Source: an uncultured Piscirickettsiaceae bacterium
Lineage (GTDB): Bacteria; Pseudomonadota; Gammaproteobacteria; GCF-002020875
Direction: 5' to 3'
DNA length: 56,140 nt
Assembly (NCBI GenBank): GCA_964551545.1
Contig: CAZKCT010000004.1
Coordinates: 2,569 to 58,708 of the forward strand
Shown here in pieces: positions 1 through 9,693 of this stretch. Position numbers and translations under genes: made by a program. The number at the start of each line of letters is the position of its first letter. The first letter of the stretch is position 1. Below the pieces are notes generated by a model, which saw only the letters and a program-made list of their open reading frames with translations, had not been told where the DNA came from and searched no databases.

Positions 1-1
1 A

Positions 2-142
2 CGTGTACTGACCAAGGCGATCGGCAAGAAGTTGGGTAAGGACAAAGGCAACAGCAAGTACCTCTACGAGCTGTTCCCATATGGCCCAGCGAAGCAGGCT
101 TGTAAGATTGGTGGCCTGCCTAAGCCTACTGGCTGTATCTAA
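2..142 (+). CDS. dsrC: DsrC sulfur carrier, 3' end only (truncated by the window edge)
   Basis: Frame 2 translates to [46 protein letters not shown]. Both C-terminal Cys of DsrC are present, and it lies directly before dsrM. Confidence 0.95.
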   Translation, partial: RVLTKAIGKKLGKDKGNSKYLYELFPYGPAKQACKIGGLPKPTGCI

Positions 143-173
143 GCTTAATAACCAACGTTATTAATGCTTGAGC

Positions 174-247
174 TCCGGGGGTGATCCTCACCCCCGGATG
201 CCCACAAAATTCCGGGTATCTGCCTCAATTTTTGAGCGTGGATACCC
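174..247 (+). other. Two tandem stem-loops between dsrC and dsrM
   Basis: TCCGGGGGTGA/TCACCCCCGGA (174-198) and GGGTATC...GATACCC with an inner CTCAA/TTGAG pair (214-247). No U-tract follows. Confidence 0.5.
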
Positions 248-287
248 TAATGGACTGTTCTGAGATGATCGCGGAGGCGAACGGCAT

Positions 288-1010
288 ATGTTAACTGAAC
301 TATTTGCCATACTTTTTTACGCAGCGACTGCCATTCTGGTGATTGGCGTTGCGATGCGAATTGCTGCTTACTGGCGCACACCAGCCCCGCTCAAGATCCC
401 GACCATGCCTGCCCCTCGCACACAAGGTGGGATGGTTTTTCGCATGGGCCGAGAGGTCGTGTTGTTTGAAAGCCTGTTCCGCTCCAATAAATGGATCTGG
501 ATCTTTGGCTGGGTATTCCATATGGCACTGTTCCTGGTGTTGTTGCGTCACGGACGCTATTTTCAGGAGACCCCTTGGTTCATCACCGAGATTGTTCAGC
601 CATTTGGTAAATATGCTGGCTTTGCGATGGTTGCAGGTCTGGCCGGACTTTGGGGGCGCCGCTTTTTGGTGGAGCGCATCCGCTATATCAGCACCCCGTC
701 TGACCACTTGATGCTGCTGTTGTTGATTGGTATTGGTGCGAGTGGTGTGATGATGACCTTTGTTGCACATACTGACATTGTTGCACTGAAGCAGTTCATG
801 ACAGGGTTGATGGTCCTTGATTGGAAGCCGCTGCCTGCAGACCCTATTTTGATTGTCCACCTCTCTCTGGTGGTTGTACTGATGGTGATTTTCCCAATCA
901 GTAAGCTGATGCATGCCCCAGGCATCTTTTTCAGCCCAACCCGTAACCAGATTGATGACTCTCGTGAGAAACGTCACATCGCCCCTTGGGCCGCTGAGAT
1001 GGAGAAATAA
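288..1010 (+). CDS. dsrM: DsrM, NarI-like membrane cytochrome b
   Basis: About five hydrophobic helices with heme-ligating His (VFHMAL, LRHG, IVHL, LMHAPG); position in the dsr operon. Confidence 0.93.
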   Translation: MLTELFAILFYAATAILVIGVAMRIAAYWRTPAPLKIPTMPAPRTQGGMVFRMGREVVLFESLFRSNKWIWIFGWVFHMALFLVLLRHGRYFQETPWFITEIVQPFGKYAGFAMVAGLAGLWGRRFLVERIRYISTPSDHLMLLLLIGIGASGVMMTFVAHTDIVALKQFMTGLMVLDWKPLPADPILIVHLSLVVVLMVIFPISKLMHAPGIFFSPTRNQIDDSREKRHIAPWAAEMEK

Positions 1011-1013
1011 GTC

Positions 1014-2552
1014 GTGGCAAAAGTAGAGATTGAAAAGCCAGAGCTGAGCGAATACCTGCAGATTCCGGTATTGCAAGAGGGCTCTATGGCCCACTCATCA
1101 CCCTTTGTGGCCAAGCCTGCACATCAGGAGCCACTGAACTTTCCGGGTGAGTTGGTTGAGGATTGGCATGATCAGGCGATCGCCAAGATGGAGGATCTGA
1201 GCAAGACTTCTCGTAGCTTTAGCCTCTTCCTCGACATCTGTGTCCACTGTGGCTCCTGTACCGACAAGTGTCACTATTTCCTCGGTACGGCTGATCCAAA
1301 GAATATGCCAGTGGCTCGTCAGGAGCTGCTGCGTAGCGTCTATCGTCGCTACTTTACCTTTGCGGGTAAATACTTCCCCAATCTGGTTGGGGCAAAAGAT
1401 CTGACCCGTGAGACGCTGGATGAGTGGCACAGCTACTACCATCAATGCTCCGAATGCCGTCGCTGCTCTCTGTTCTGCCCGTACGGGATCGATACGGCAG
1501 AGATCACCATGGCTGCACGAGATATTCTCGATGTAGTGGGCTACGGTCAGAAATATGACAATGAGATTCTGGGTAAGGTCCTGAAAATTGGTAATAATCT
1601 CGGTCTTCCGGGGCCTGCACTGGCGGCGACTCTGGAGGATTTGGAAGAGGATCTGGAGGACGATACCGGTCTGCCGATCCGTATGCCACTGAATGAGAAA
1701 GGGGCTGATGTTCTACTGATCACCCCTTCCGCAGACTTCTTTGCAGAGCCACACATTGATGGTTTGATGGGCTACGCCAAGGTGTTCCACCAGGCAGGCA
1801 TCAGCTGGACCATGAGTGATTATGCCTCTGAGGGTGCCAACTTCGGGATGTTCATTGGTAACTATCCCACCATGAAGAAGGTCGCAGAGCGCATCCGTAC
1901 TGCTGCCTTGGAATTGGGTGTGAAGCGAGTGGTAGTCGGGGAGTGTGGTCATGCATGGCGTGTTGCCTACAGCTTCTGGAATACACTGGCTGGTACTGGG
2001 CATGGTGCAGCTGCAGATGATAAGTATGCACAGATGCTGCAGAAGCAATTGGACCCTCGCTACCCAGCACCTCAACACATCATCGAGCTGACCCATAGCC
2101 TGATGCAAGACAACGTGTTGAAGATCGATAAGTCTGCCAATGATCATCGTACTGTCACTTTCCACGACTCCTGTAATGTGGCGCGTGGTACCGGTATGGG
2201 TGGCATTGAGCGCGGCCAGTTTATTCTGCCGCGTGAGGTGATCAAGAACGTGGTCAACAACTATGTGGAGATGGATAGCTCCACCATGTTTGAGGAGACC
2301 TACTGCTGTGGTGGCGGTGGTGGACTGCTGACCGATGACCTGATGGAGCTGCGTGTGAAGGGCGCAATGCCAAGAATGCACGCCTTGAAGAAGGTCTTTG
2401 ATGAAGAGGGTGTCGATACATTGGCCGCAATCTGTGCGATTTGTAAGAGCCAATTCAGCAAGGTACTGCCTTACTACGACATGCCAATGCACATGATTAC
2501 CAGTGTTCACCAGTTGGTTGGTGATGCATTGGTGTTTGAGAATAACGATTGA
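1014..2552 (+). CDS. dsrK: DsrK, HdrD-like FeS subunit
   Basis: CVHCGSCTDKC and CSECRRCSLFCP ferredoxin motifs, plus CCG-domain motifs (GECGH, HDSC, YCCGGGGG, ICAIC). Confidence 0.95.
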   Translation: MAKVEIEKPELSEYLQIPVLQEGSMAHSSPFVAKPAHQEPLNFPGELVEDWHDQAIAKMEDLSKTSRSFSLFLDICVHCGSCTDKCHYFLGTADPKNMPVARQELLRSVYRRYFTFAGKYFPNLVGAKDLTRETLDEWHSYYHQCSECRRCSLFCPYGIDTAEITMAARDILDVVGYGQKYDNEILGKVLKIGNNLGLPGPALAATLEDLEEDLEDDTGLPIRMPLNEKGADVLLITPSADFFAEPHIDGLMGYAKVFHQAGISWTMSDYASEGANFGMFIGNYPTMKKVAERIRTAALELGVKRVVVGECGHAWRVAYSFWNTLAGTGHGAAADDKYAQMLQKQLDPRYPAPQHIIELTHSLMQDNVLKIDKSANDHRTVTFHDSCNVARGTGMGGIERGQFILPREVIKNVVNNYVEMDSSTMFEETYCCGGGGGLLTDDLMELRVKGAMPRMHALKKVFDEEGVDTLAAICAICKSQFSKVLPYYDMPMHMITSVHQLVGDALVFENND

Positions 2553-2616
2553 ACTAGCAGAGGACTCGATTGATCGGGTCTTTGTTTTGACTTTATAGAG
2601 ATAGGAGCATCTGATA

Positions 2617-4596
2617 ATGGCAACGCCAAGTGATGAGATGAACACAGAGTTGAACTACCGCCGCTACGAGGATTACCCACGCGACGAAGGCGTACACTCG
2701 TATGATAATGATGAGATGATCTGGCAGGCGAGCTGGACTCACAAGTGCCCAACTTATGTTCACCAGACTCCGCCATGTCAGGCGAGCTGCCCATCCGGTC
2801 ATGACGTGCGTGGCTGGCTCGATATCGTTCGCGGCATCGATACCCCACCGGAAGGGATGACCATGGAAGACTATGCCTTCCAGCGTTACACCCAGGCCAA
2901 CCCATTCCCATCGACCATGGGTCGCGTCTGTCCTGCACCTTGTCAGGATGGCTGTAACCGTAATGAAGTGGAAGACTTCGTAGGAATCAACTCCATCGAC
3001 CAGTTCATTGGTGACAACGCACTGGAGAACGGCCTCGGTTTTGAGGCGGGTGAAGATACCGGTAAGAAGATTGCGATCATCGGTGGCGGTCCAGCAGGAC
3101 TGGCTGCGGCTTATCAGCTGCGCAAGGATGGTCACGGTGCAACCGTATTTGATGACCACGATACACTGGGCGGCATGATGGTTTACGGTATCCCAGGCTA
3201 TCGTACGCCACGTGAGATGCTGGCGGGTGAGATCAAACGTATTACAGACATGGGTGTTGAGATCAAGCTCAGCACTCGCGTGGGTACCGATATTCAGGTT
3301 GCAGACCTGGAAAAAGAGTACGACGCAATCCTCTGGGCGATTGGCGCTCAGGCAGGTCGTGCACTGCCTATTGATGGCGGTGATGCACCGAACTGTGTAA
3401 CGGGTGTTGATTTCTTGAGTGCGTTCAACTCCGGTAAGCTGAAGCATATTGACGGCAAGATTGTGGTTGTCGGTGGTGGCGATACCTCGATTGACGTCGC
3501 CTCTGTGGCGCGTCGTATCGGTAATATATCAGCCGTTAATGAGAAGGATCGTCCAGAGCATGTAATTTTGGGGAATACTGCGCATGATGTGGCAGACACA
3601 GCGGCCCGTGAAGGCGCCGACGTGGTGCTGATCTCTCGTCAGCCTGTTGAGAACATGAATGCTGCCCAGCATGAAATCGATGATGCACTGCGTGAAGGTG
3701 TTGAGATTCGCGGCTCTCTGAGTCCTGTTGAGGTGGTTGTGGATGACAGCGGTCGTGCAACAGGTCTGAAGGTGGTTCAGCTCAGCTATGAGTCTGGCAA
3801 GGCCGAGCCGGTTGAGGGAACTGAAGAGGTGATTGAGTGCACCATGATTGCTTCTGCAATTGGCCAGTCCGGTGACTTTACTGGTTACGAGGATCTTGAT
3901 AATGGTCGTGGCCTGATTGACGCGACCAAGAACTATGAAGTGAAAGGAAAGTCTGGTCACTTTGTTGCGGGCGATATCATCCGTCCACATCTGCTGACCA
4001 CTGCCATTGGTCAGGCTTCTGTTGCGGTTGAGTCCATCAATGATTATCTCAACCAGAAAGAGCTGAAGCCTCGTCCAAAGGTTGATGTGCACCACTTCCA
4101 GCTGATGGATCAGCTGAAGAAGAAGGGATTGGAGCCAGAGCATTTCCAGTCTGAGAATGACGGTAAAGAGAAGGAGGATGGCCACCGCGGAACCGCCGCC
4201 AGCAAGTATGCAATCCATAACTATGAAGATCGCTCCTTTGCGTCCATCATTACTCATGATCGTCTTTTCTTGGGACACTTCGATCATACGCCGCGTAACC
4301 ACCGCTCTTTCGTTGAGGTTGATTCCAATCAGGTGCTGCAGAATTTTGACGAGCGTATGCAGGGATTGGACAAAGATACTGCAGTTGCAGAAGCCAAGCG
4401 TTGCATGAGCTGTGGCATGTGCTTTGAGTGTGACAACTGTGTGGTCTTCTGTCCGCAGGATGCAGTCTTCAAGGTGCGTAAGAATGAGAGTGCTGTAGGG
4501 CGTTATGTCGATACAGACTACGCCAAGTGTGTCGGTTGCCACGTCTGTGCAGATGTTTGCCCGACTGGCTACATCCAGATGGGACTGGGTGAGTAA
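2617..4596 (+). CDS. dsrL: DsrL, iron-sulfur flavoprotein NAD(P)H:acceptor oxidoreductase
   Basis: GltD-like N-terminal Cys cluster (PPCQASCP, GRVCPAPCQDGC), two Rossmann motifs (GGGPAG, GGGDTS), RCMSCGMC, and C-terminal ferredoxin motifs. Confidence 0.95.
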   Translation: MATPSDEMNTELNYRRYEDYPRDEGVHSYDNDEMIWQASWTHKCPTYVHQTPPCQASCPSGHDVRGWLDIVRGIDTPPEGMTMEDYAFQRYTQANPFPSTMGRVCPAPCQDGCNRNEVEDFVGINSIDQFIGDNALENGLGFEAGEDTGKKIAIIGGGPAGLAAAYQLRKDGHGATVFDDHDTLGGMMVYGIPGYRTPREMLAGEIKRITDMGVEIKLSTRVGTDIQVADLEKEYDAILWAIGAQAGRALPIDGGDAPNCVTGVDFLSAFNSGKLKHIDGKIVVVGGGDTSIDVASVARRIGNISAVNEKDRPEHVILGNTAHDVADTAAREGADVVLISRQPVENMNAAQHEIDDALREGVEIRGSLSPVEVVVDDSGRATGLKVVQLSYESGKAEPVEGTEEVIECTMIASAIGQSGDFTGYEDLDNGRGLIDATKNYEVKGKSGHFVAGDIIRPHLLTTAIGQASVAVESINDYLNQKELKPRPKVDVHHFQLMDQLKKKGLEPEHFQSENDGKEKEDGHRGTAASKYAIHNYEDRSFASIITHDRLFLGHFDHTPRNHRSFVEVDSNQVLQNFDERMQGLDKDTAVAEAKRCMSCGMCFECDNCVVFCPQDAVFKVRKNESAVGRYVDTDYAKCVGCHVCADVCPTGYIQMGLGE

Positions 4597-4632
4597 CCGT
4601 AAAACGACTGATAGAGTAACCAGAGGCTGAAC

Positions 4633-5052
4633 ATGGTGTTGTCTAGAAAGATCAAACAGCAAATTGCTGTTATCGCAGTACTCATCGCTACCGGTTTCGG
4701 ATTCGGCTCGGTTGCTCAGGGTGACGACCAAGGAGCGAAGCGTTCCATTGGCGCCAACGCAGGAGATGCCTGTGTTCGCGATACGCAGTGGATGCGTCGC
4801 AATCACATGGACCTGCTCAAGCATGATCGGGATCGTACTTTGCGTCAGGGCATTCGTCCGGTGGAGGGAAGCCTCAAGGGGTGTGTTGATTGTCACACCA
4901 ACCAGGATGATCACGGTAGCTATATTCCAGTCAATGCTGAGGGTGAATTCTGTAGCGGTTGCCACAACTACACCGCCGTCAAGCTTGACTGCTTTGAGTG
5001 TCATGCCACCAAGCCTGATGCCAGAGCAGAGACAGCGAGGGCAGGAAAATGA
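4633..5052 (+). CDS. dsrJ: DsrJ, periplasmic triheme cytochrome c
   Basis: Signal peptide; CVDCH, CSGCH and CFECH; MRRNHMDLL motif. Confidence 0.93.
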   Translation: MVLSRKIKQQIAVIAVLIATGFGFGSVAQGDDQGAKRSIGANAGDACVRDTQWMRRNHMDLLKHDRDRTLRQGIRPVEGSLKGCVDCHTNQDDHGSYIPVNAEGEFCSGCHNYTAVKLDCFECHATKPDARAETARAGK

Positions 5053-5834
5053 GCCAGAACCAGAAGATGGACCAGAATAGAGCAGAGCATGATGTTCAGG
5101 TTGTAGACGCTGCACGCCGCCGCTTCCTGGGCCAGGCCGCAGGCGCGACTGCAGTGATTGCGCCAGGTGTGACCTTGGTGAGCATCTCTTCCTCCAGCAG
5201 CGCAGCAGAAGGTGCCAGCAGTGAAAAACGCTGGGGCATGTTGGTTGATACCAATCAGTGTGAGCAGGGTTGTAATGACTGTGTAACGGCCTGTCAGCAA
5301 GAGAATGGTTGGGGGGATGGCTCTAGTGATGAATCCAACTCTCGTTCAGGCCAGAAGGCACAGTGGATTCGTACCGTAACGGTCCGGGATACTCAGACCA
5401 GCCACACCTCACAGCTGCCGATGATGTGCCAGCATTGTGAGCAGCCGCCTTGCGTGGATGTCTGCCCAACGGGTGCATCGATGAAACGTGCGGATGGCAT
5501 TGTCCTGGTAGACAAGCATATCTGCATCGGCTGTCGTTACTGCATGATGGCCTGCCCCTACAAGGCGCGCTCTTTTATTCATGAGCCTATGCATGATCAG
5601 CGAAGCCATGCACCGCGTGGTATGGGTACCGTTGAGGCCTGTACGATGTGTGTTCACCGCGTCGATCGTGGGGATCAGCCTGCTTGTGTTGAGAAATGTA
5701 ATAAGGGAGCCATGACTTTTGGTGATCTGAATGATCCCAATAGCGAAATCTCCAAGAAGCTGGCGGCAGCCAGTTCTACGCAGATTCGTGCAGACCTTGG
5801 AACCAACCCAAGCGTACGTTACAGCGGAATCTAA
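5049..5834 (+). CDS. dsrO: DsrO, Tat-exported NrfC-like FeS protein
   Basis: RRRFL Tat motif; CQHCEQPPCVDVCP, CIGCRYCMMACP and CTMC. Confidence 0.94.
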   Translation: MSQNQKMDQNRAEHDVQVVDAARRRFLGQAAGATAVIAPGVTLVSISSSSSAAEGASSEKRWGMLVDTNQCEQGCNDCVTACQQENGWGDGSSDESNSRSGQKAQWIRTVTVRDTQTSHTSQLPMMCQHCEQPPCVDVCPTGASMKRADGIVLVDKHICIGCRYCMMACPYKARSFIHEPMHDQRSHAPRGMGTVEACTMCVHRVDRGDQPACVEKCNKGAMTFGDLNDPNSEISKKLAAASSTQIRADLGTNPSVRYSGI

Positions 5835-5870
5835 TCGAGTTAAATCGCGAACCAATCACGGAAAGACAAG

Positions 5871-7082
5871 ATGAAAAGAATCGTCTACAGCGGAATAGAA
5901 GGTCGTAGCATCGGATATTGGGGGCTCATGGCAGTCCTCGGATTTTTCATCCTGTTGGCTGCGGGATCATTTTTCTACATGCATGGCGGCCACTATGTCA
6001 CCGGAATGGATAATCAGGTGGTCTGGGGGATGCCCCATGTGTTTGCGATCTTCCTGATTGTTGCCGCCTCGGGTGCCCTGAATGTGGCCTCGATCTCTTC
6101 TGTCTTCAATCAAACCATCTACAAGCCGATGGCACGGATGTCCGCCATTTTGGCGCTGACCCTGCTTGCGGGTGGGCTTGCTGTATTGGTTCTCGATCTG
6201 GGGCGTGCGGATCGCCTCGTCGTGGCGATGACCTCGTATAACTTCAAGTCGATCTTTGCCTGGAATATCTACCTCTATACCGGCTTCTTCGTGATCGTTC
6301 TGGCTTACCTCTGGACCATGTTTGATCCTGCGATGCACCAGCATACCCGCAAGGCAGGTACAGCGGCGTTCCTCTGGCGTCTTGCATTGACCACTGGTAC
6401 AGGCTCCATCTTCGGGTTTCTAGCAGCACGTCAGGGATATGATGCTGCAGTGATGGCACCAATGTTCATTATTATGTCTTTTGCCTTCGGCAAGGCGATC
6501 TTCCTGATCCTGTTGGTTGGTATCTTCCGCTTTACCAATCGCTCTATCAGTACAGATCTGATTGTGCGTCTGAAGAAGCTGTTTGGTGTCTTTGTTGCAG
6601 CGGTACTCTACTTTACCGTGGTGTTCCACCTAACCAACCTCTATGCCGCTGAGCATGGTGGGTTCGAGCGCTTTATTCTGATGGATGGTGGGGTCTACAC
6701 CTTCCTCTTCTGGGTCGTACAGGTACTGATTGGTGGTGTCATCCCCCTGATTCTGATCTTTCACTCCGCTTTTGATCACAATTACCGTGCCCTGATTACT
6801 GCAGCCACACTCGTCATTATTGGTGGTGTTGCGCAGATCTATGGCATCGTGGTTGGTGGCCAGGCTTATCCTCTGGTGCTATTTCCAGGAAAAGAGGTGA
6901 GCAGCAGTTTCAATGATGGGGTTGTGAACAGTTATGTGCCAACACTTCCTGAGATCTTGTTGGGGTTGGGCGGTGTCGCATTGGCGATCGCACTGTTCCT
7001 CTTTGCGGTCAAGGTGCTGCGACTGATTCCTGATAACCTCAATGCTGAGCATGTTGCGACTTCTACCGAGAGCGCTCGTTAA
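5871..7082 (+). CDS. dsrP: DsrP, NrfD/PsrC-family membrane protein
   Basis: About ten hydrophobic helices; VWGMPH and LDLGRADR NrfD-type motifs; follows dsrO. Confidence 0.93.
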   Translation: MKRIVYSGIEGRSIGYWGLMAVLGFFILLAAGSFFYMHGGHYVTGMDNQVVWGMPHVFAIFLIVAASGALNVASISSVFNQTIYKPMARMSAILALTLLAGGLAVLVLDLGRADRLVVAMTSYNFKSIFAWNIYLYTGFFVIVLAYLWTMFDPAMHQHTRKAGTAAFLWRLALTTGTGSIFGFLAARQGYDAAVMAPMFIIMSFAFGKAIFLILLVGIFRFTNRSISTDLIVRLKKLFGVFVAAVLYFTVVFHLTNLYAAEHGGFERFILMDGGVYTFLFWVVQVLIGGVIPLILIFHSAFDHNYRALITAATLVIIGGVAQIYGIVVGGQAYPLVLFPGKEVSSSFNDGVVNSYVPTLPEILLGLGGVALAIALFLFAVKVLRLIPDNLNAEHVATSTESAR

Positions 7083-7115
7083 TCGGCGCGGGGATGAAAC
7101 CGCGTAGCGGATCTC

Positions 7116-8465
7116 TTGAAGCAGCTCTACCTCTCTGCTGCCCATAAGTCCTCGGGCAAAACCACAGTTACATTAGGCCTCTGTGCTGCGTATGCAGCCA
7201 GAGGCCTTTCTGTCTCCCCATTCAAAAAGGGGCCAGATTATATCGATCCGATGTGGTTATCGATGGCGGCAGGCCTTCCTTGCCATACCTTGGACTTTTA
7301 TACCATGGAGCAAGAGGAGATCCTTTCGCTCTATCATCAGGAGCGCCAGGGGAGTGACCTAGTGTTGGTGGAGGGCAACAAGGGACTCTATGATGGGCTT
7401 TCAGTAGATGGCTCGGATAGCAATGGCGCGATGGCCAAGTTGCTTAATCTGCCCGTTGCACTGGTCATCAACACCAATGGAATTACGCGCGGGATTGCGC
7501 CACTGCTCTTGGGGTATCAGCAATTTGATCCCGAGATCCGCTTTGCCGGAGTCATTCTGAACCAGACCGGAAATGCTCGCCACGAATCCAAACTGCAACA
7601 GGTAGTGGAGCACTATACCGATTTTCCGGTATTAGGGGCGATTCGTCGACATCCAGATCTAGAAATTGTGGAACGTCATCTGGGGCTGGTTCCCAGCAAT
7701 GAGGCGGATGCTGCGCGTCAGAAAATTGAGTCGATTCGTCAGGCAGTTGAGTCACAGGTGGATCTGGACCGCCTGCTAGAGTGTGCATCCGATCAGGAGG
7801 AGGCAGCCCCCCCCTCATTTGAGCCCATCTGTTTTGAGAAAGAGGAGCCGCTCCGTATCGGCATTGCGCGAGATGAGGCCTTTGGATTCTATTATGCGGC
7901 GGATCTGGAAGCTTTTCGTCAGCAGGGGGCTGAATTGGTCCCCTTCAGTCCTATCCATGATCAGCAGCTCCCCGAGGTGGATGGGTTGTTGATTGGTGGA
8001 GGATTCCCAGAGACCCATATGGCCCCACTGGAGCAGAACCACAAGATGCGGAGTCAGATCCGAGAGGCGATTGAAGCAGGGCTACCGACCTATGCCGAGT
8101 GTGGTGGACTGATGTACCTCTCTCGCCAGATTCGGTGGCAGGGTCGTGCCTCAGAGATGGTGGGGGTGATTCCAGGGGAGTGCCAGATGCACCGCCGACC
8201 TCAGGGTCGGGGATATGCCCGTTTCCAGCGCACTGGAGAGGCGCATGAGACTCCCGCGCATGAATTTCACTACTCCTCACTAGAGGGGCTTCCCACAGGA
8301 ATTGAGTACGCCTACATCATCCATCGTGGATATGGCATTGATGGAAAACAGGACGGAATGATTTACAAAAACCTGCTGGCGAGTTATGTTCATCAGCGGA
8401 ATACCCGACAGAATCCCTGGGTTAAAGGGTTTCTCGATCGGGTTCGGAAAATTAAGAATAGCTGA
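7116..8465 (+). CDS. dsrN: DsrN, siroheme amidase (cobyrinic acid a,c-diamide synthase family)
   Basis: SSGKTT P-loop, KKGPDYIDP, VEGNKGLYDG, AECGGLMYL and HEFHYS; TTG start. Confidence 0.92.
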   Translation: MKQLYLSAAHKSSGKTTVTLGLCAAYAARGLSVSPFKKGPDYIDPMWLSMAAGLPCHTLDFYTMEQEEILSLYHQERQGSDLVLVEGNKGLYDGLSVDGSDSNGAMAKLLNLPVALVINTNGITRGIAPLLLGYQQFDPEIRFAGVILNQTGNARHESKLQQVVEHYTDFPVLGAIRRHPDLEIVERHLGLVPSNEADAARQKIESIRQAVESQVDLDRLLECASDQEEAAPPSFEPICFEKEEPLRIGIARDEAFGFYYAADLEAFRQQGAELVPFSPIHDQQLPEVDGLLIGGGFPETHMAPLEQNHKMRSQIREAIEAGLPTYAECGGLMYLSRQIRWQGRASEMVGVIPGECQMHRRPQGRGYARFQRTGEAHETPAHEFHYSSLEGLPTGIEYAYIIHRGYGIDGKQDGMIYKNLLASYVHQRNTRQNPWVKGFLDRVRKIKNS

Positions 8466-8479
8466 CACAAGGAATAGTG

Positions 8480-8806
8480 ATGATTACAGTAACAGAGAGT
8501 GCACTCGGTTTTATTCGCCACTCGGCAGAGCAGGGTGGAATTGAAGAGGCGATGGGGTTGCGAATCGCCATCAAAGAGGCGAGTGATGGCGGCTATGACT
8601 ATGGCATCGGCTTTGATGAGGAGCGAGAGAAAGATCTGCAGTTCGAGTTTGATGGCGTCAAAGTACTGATCAACGAAGAGCTGCGTGATTATCTTGAGGA
8701 TGCCACATTGGACTATGTGGAGTTGGAGGGTGGGGAGATGAACCTGATTGTTCTCAACCCGAATGACCCCACCTACACCCCTCCCAAAAAGAATAAAAAA
8801 CAGTAG
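8480..8806 (+). CDS. dsrR: DsrR, IscA-like protein without the Cys ligands
   Basis: IscA/HesB-like sequence (ITVTESA, GLRIA, LDYV, LNPN) with no cysteine; follows dsrN. ATG 8480 chosen for RBS spacing; GTG 8477 is the alternative. Confidence 0.88.
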   Translation: MITVTESALGFIRHSAEQGGIEEAMGLRIAIKEASDGGYDYGIGFDEEREKDLQFEFDGVKVLINEELRDYLEDATLDYVELEGGEMNLIVLNPNDPTYTPPKKNKKQ

Positions 8807-8818
8807 GCAGCACATCCG

Positions 8819-9379
8819 ATGAGAGTGGTCCACAAATGGCACAAAAGCAGTGATCGTGACCTGAAGCAGGTCGCTGAATCACTGGCCTACAACTGCTGGA
8901 AATTCGCCCTCACCAGTGTCCGTGGGCTACAGGATGAGAAGTTCTACTTCACCTCCAAGGCGCAAGGGATGGCAGTGACCACAGAGGTGCTAATCTTTCT
9001 GATGCAGACCACTGATCGCTTGATCTATGAGGCGATGGAGCCTGAGGACCGGGCTCAGTTCATTGGGGCGATGGCCTATCGCTTTCTCGACATCATTCTC
9101 GACAACTATAATGATTTAGCCGACGGTGATGCGCCAGACCGCACCGACTTGGTGGGGTTGATCAATAAGCGGGCGAACGACTACTCAGGGTTCAGTTATG
9201 GAGAGGAGGGGCCTAGCTACCATTTCCTGCGCTACTTCGGTGAGAGCGTCGGGAAAATCATGGGGCAGGATCAGGATAACAAGTGGGTGATCGACCAGAT
9301 GATGGAGATCGAGGCACCGGACCTGATTGCCAAGCTCAAAAAGTCAATCGAGGGAATTGTCGGGATTGAGATGGCGTAG
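8819..9379 (+). CDS. dsrS: DsrS
   Basis: Last gene of the operon after dsrR; KWVIDQMMEIEAP motif; size fits DsrS. Confidence 0.82.
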   Translation: MRVVHKWHKSSDRDLKQVAESLAYNCWKFALTSVRGLQDEKFYFTSKAQGMAVTTEVLIFLMQTTDRLIYEAMEPEDRAQFIGAMAYRFLDIILDNYNDLADGDAPDRTDLVGLINKRANDYSGFSYGEEGPSYHFLRYFGESVGKIMGQDQDNKWVIDQMMEIEAPDLIAKLKKSIEGIVGIEMA

Positions 9380-9396
9380 TGGTGGGGGCGTATACC

Positions 9397-9618
9397 CTAC
9401 GCTCTTCCTTCAGGGGTTAGTGGGATGACCCAACTACAGAAGTGGCGGGTATCCCGCTCCAGCCCATCCTCAAAGCCGGTCGAGTACTCCTGCGTGATCT
9501 CACCCTCCTCACGACGAGGATTGCGCAGGTAGCCTCCCATCCACCCTTCCATATACTCCGGATCGACGTTGAGTTCGATCATTCGGCAGACCGCATCGTA
9601 GTAGCTCATTTCACCCAT
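9397..9618 (-). CDS. Small conserved protein of sulfur oxidisers, resembling the Alvin_2107 family
   Basis: YYDAV..M....VDPEY..GWMGGYLRNPRREE pattern recalled from Alvin_2107-type proteins; convergent with dsrS. Family assignment is from memory. Confidence 0.7.
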   Translation of the reverse strand: MGEMSYYDAVCRMIELNVDPEYMEGWMGGYLRNPRREEGEITQEYSTGFEDGLERDTRHFCSWVIPLTPEGRA

Positions 9619-9635
9619 GGGGCTGATTATCCGTC

Positions 9636-9669
9636 AAAAGAAAAACGCCCTCAAGTGAGGGCGTTTTCT
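9636..9669 (-). terminator. Rho-independent terminator after yccA
   Basis: Minus strand reads AAAACGCCCTCA-CT-TGAGGGCGTTTTTCTTTT. Confidence 0.75.
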
Positions 9670-9693
9670 CGATCAAACATTAATCAATGTGGA

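Noticed and set aside
3620-3650. DsrL SRQ motif as a sign of NADP(H) preference
   Set aside because: Only one Arg rather than the YRR of NADP-type DsrL-2; it cannot be judged without an alignment.
3529-5115. 528-aa minus-strand ORF, and similar ones at 1713..2645, 2593..3447, 37402..38397, 38405..39328 and 40007..40924
   Set aside because: Antisense shadows of well-supported dsr and sox genes with no recognisable motifs.
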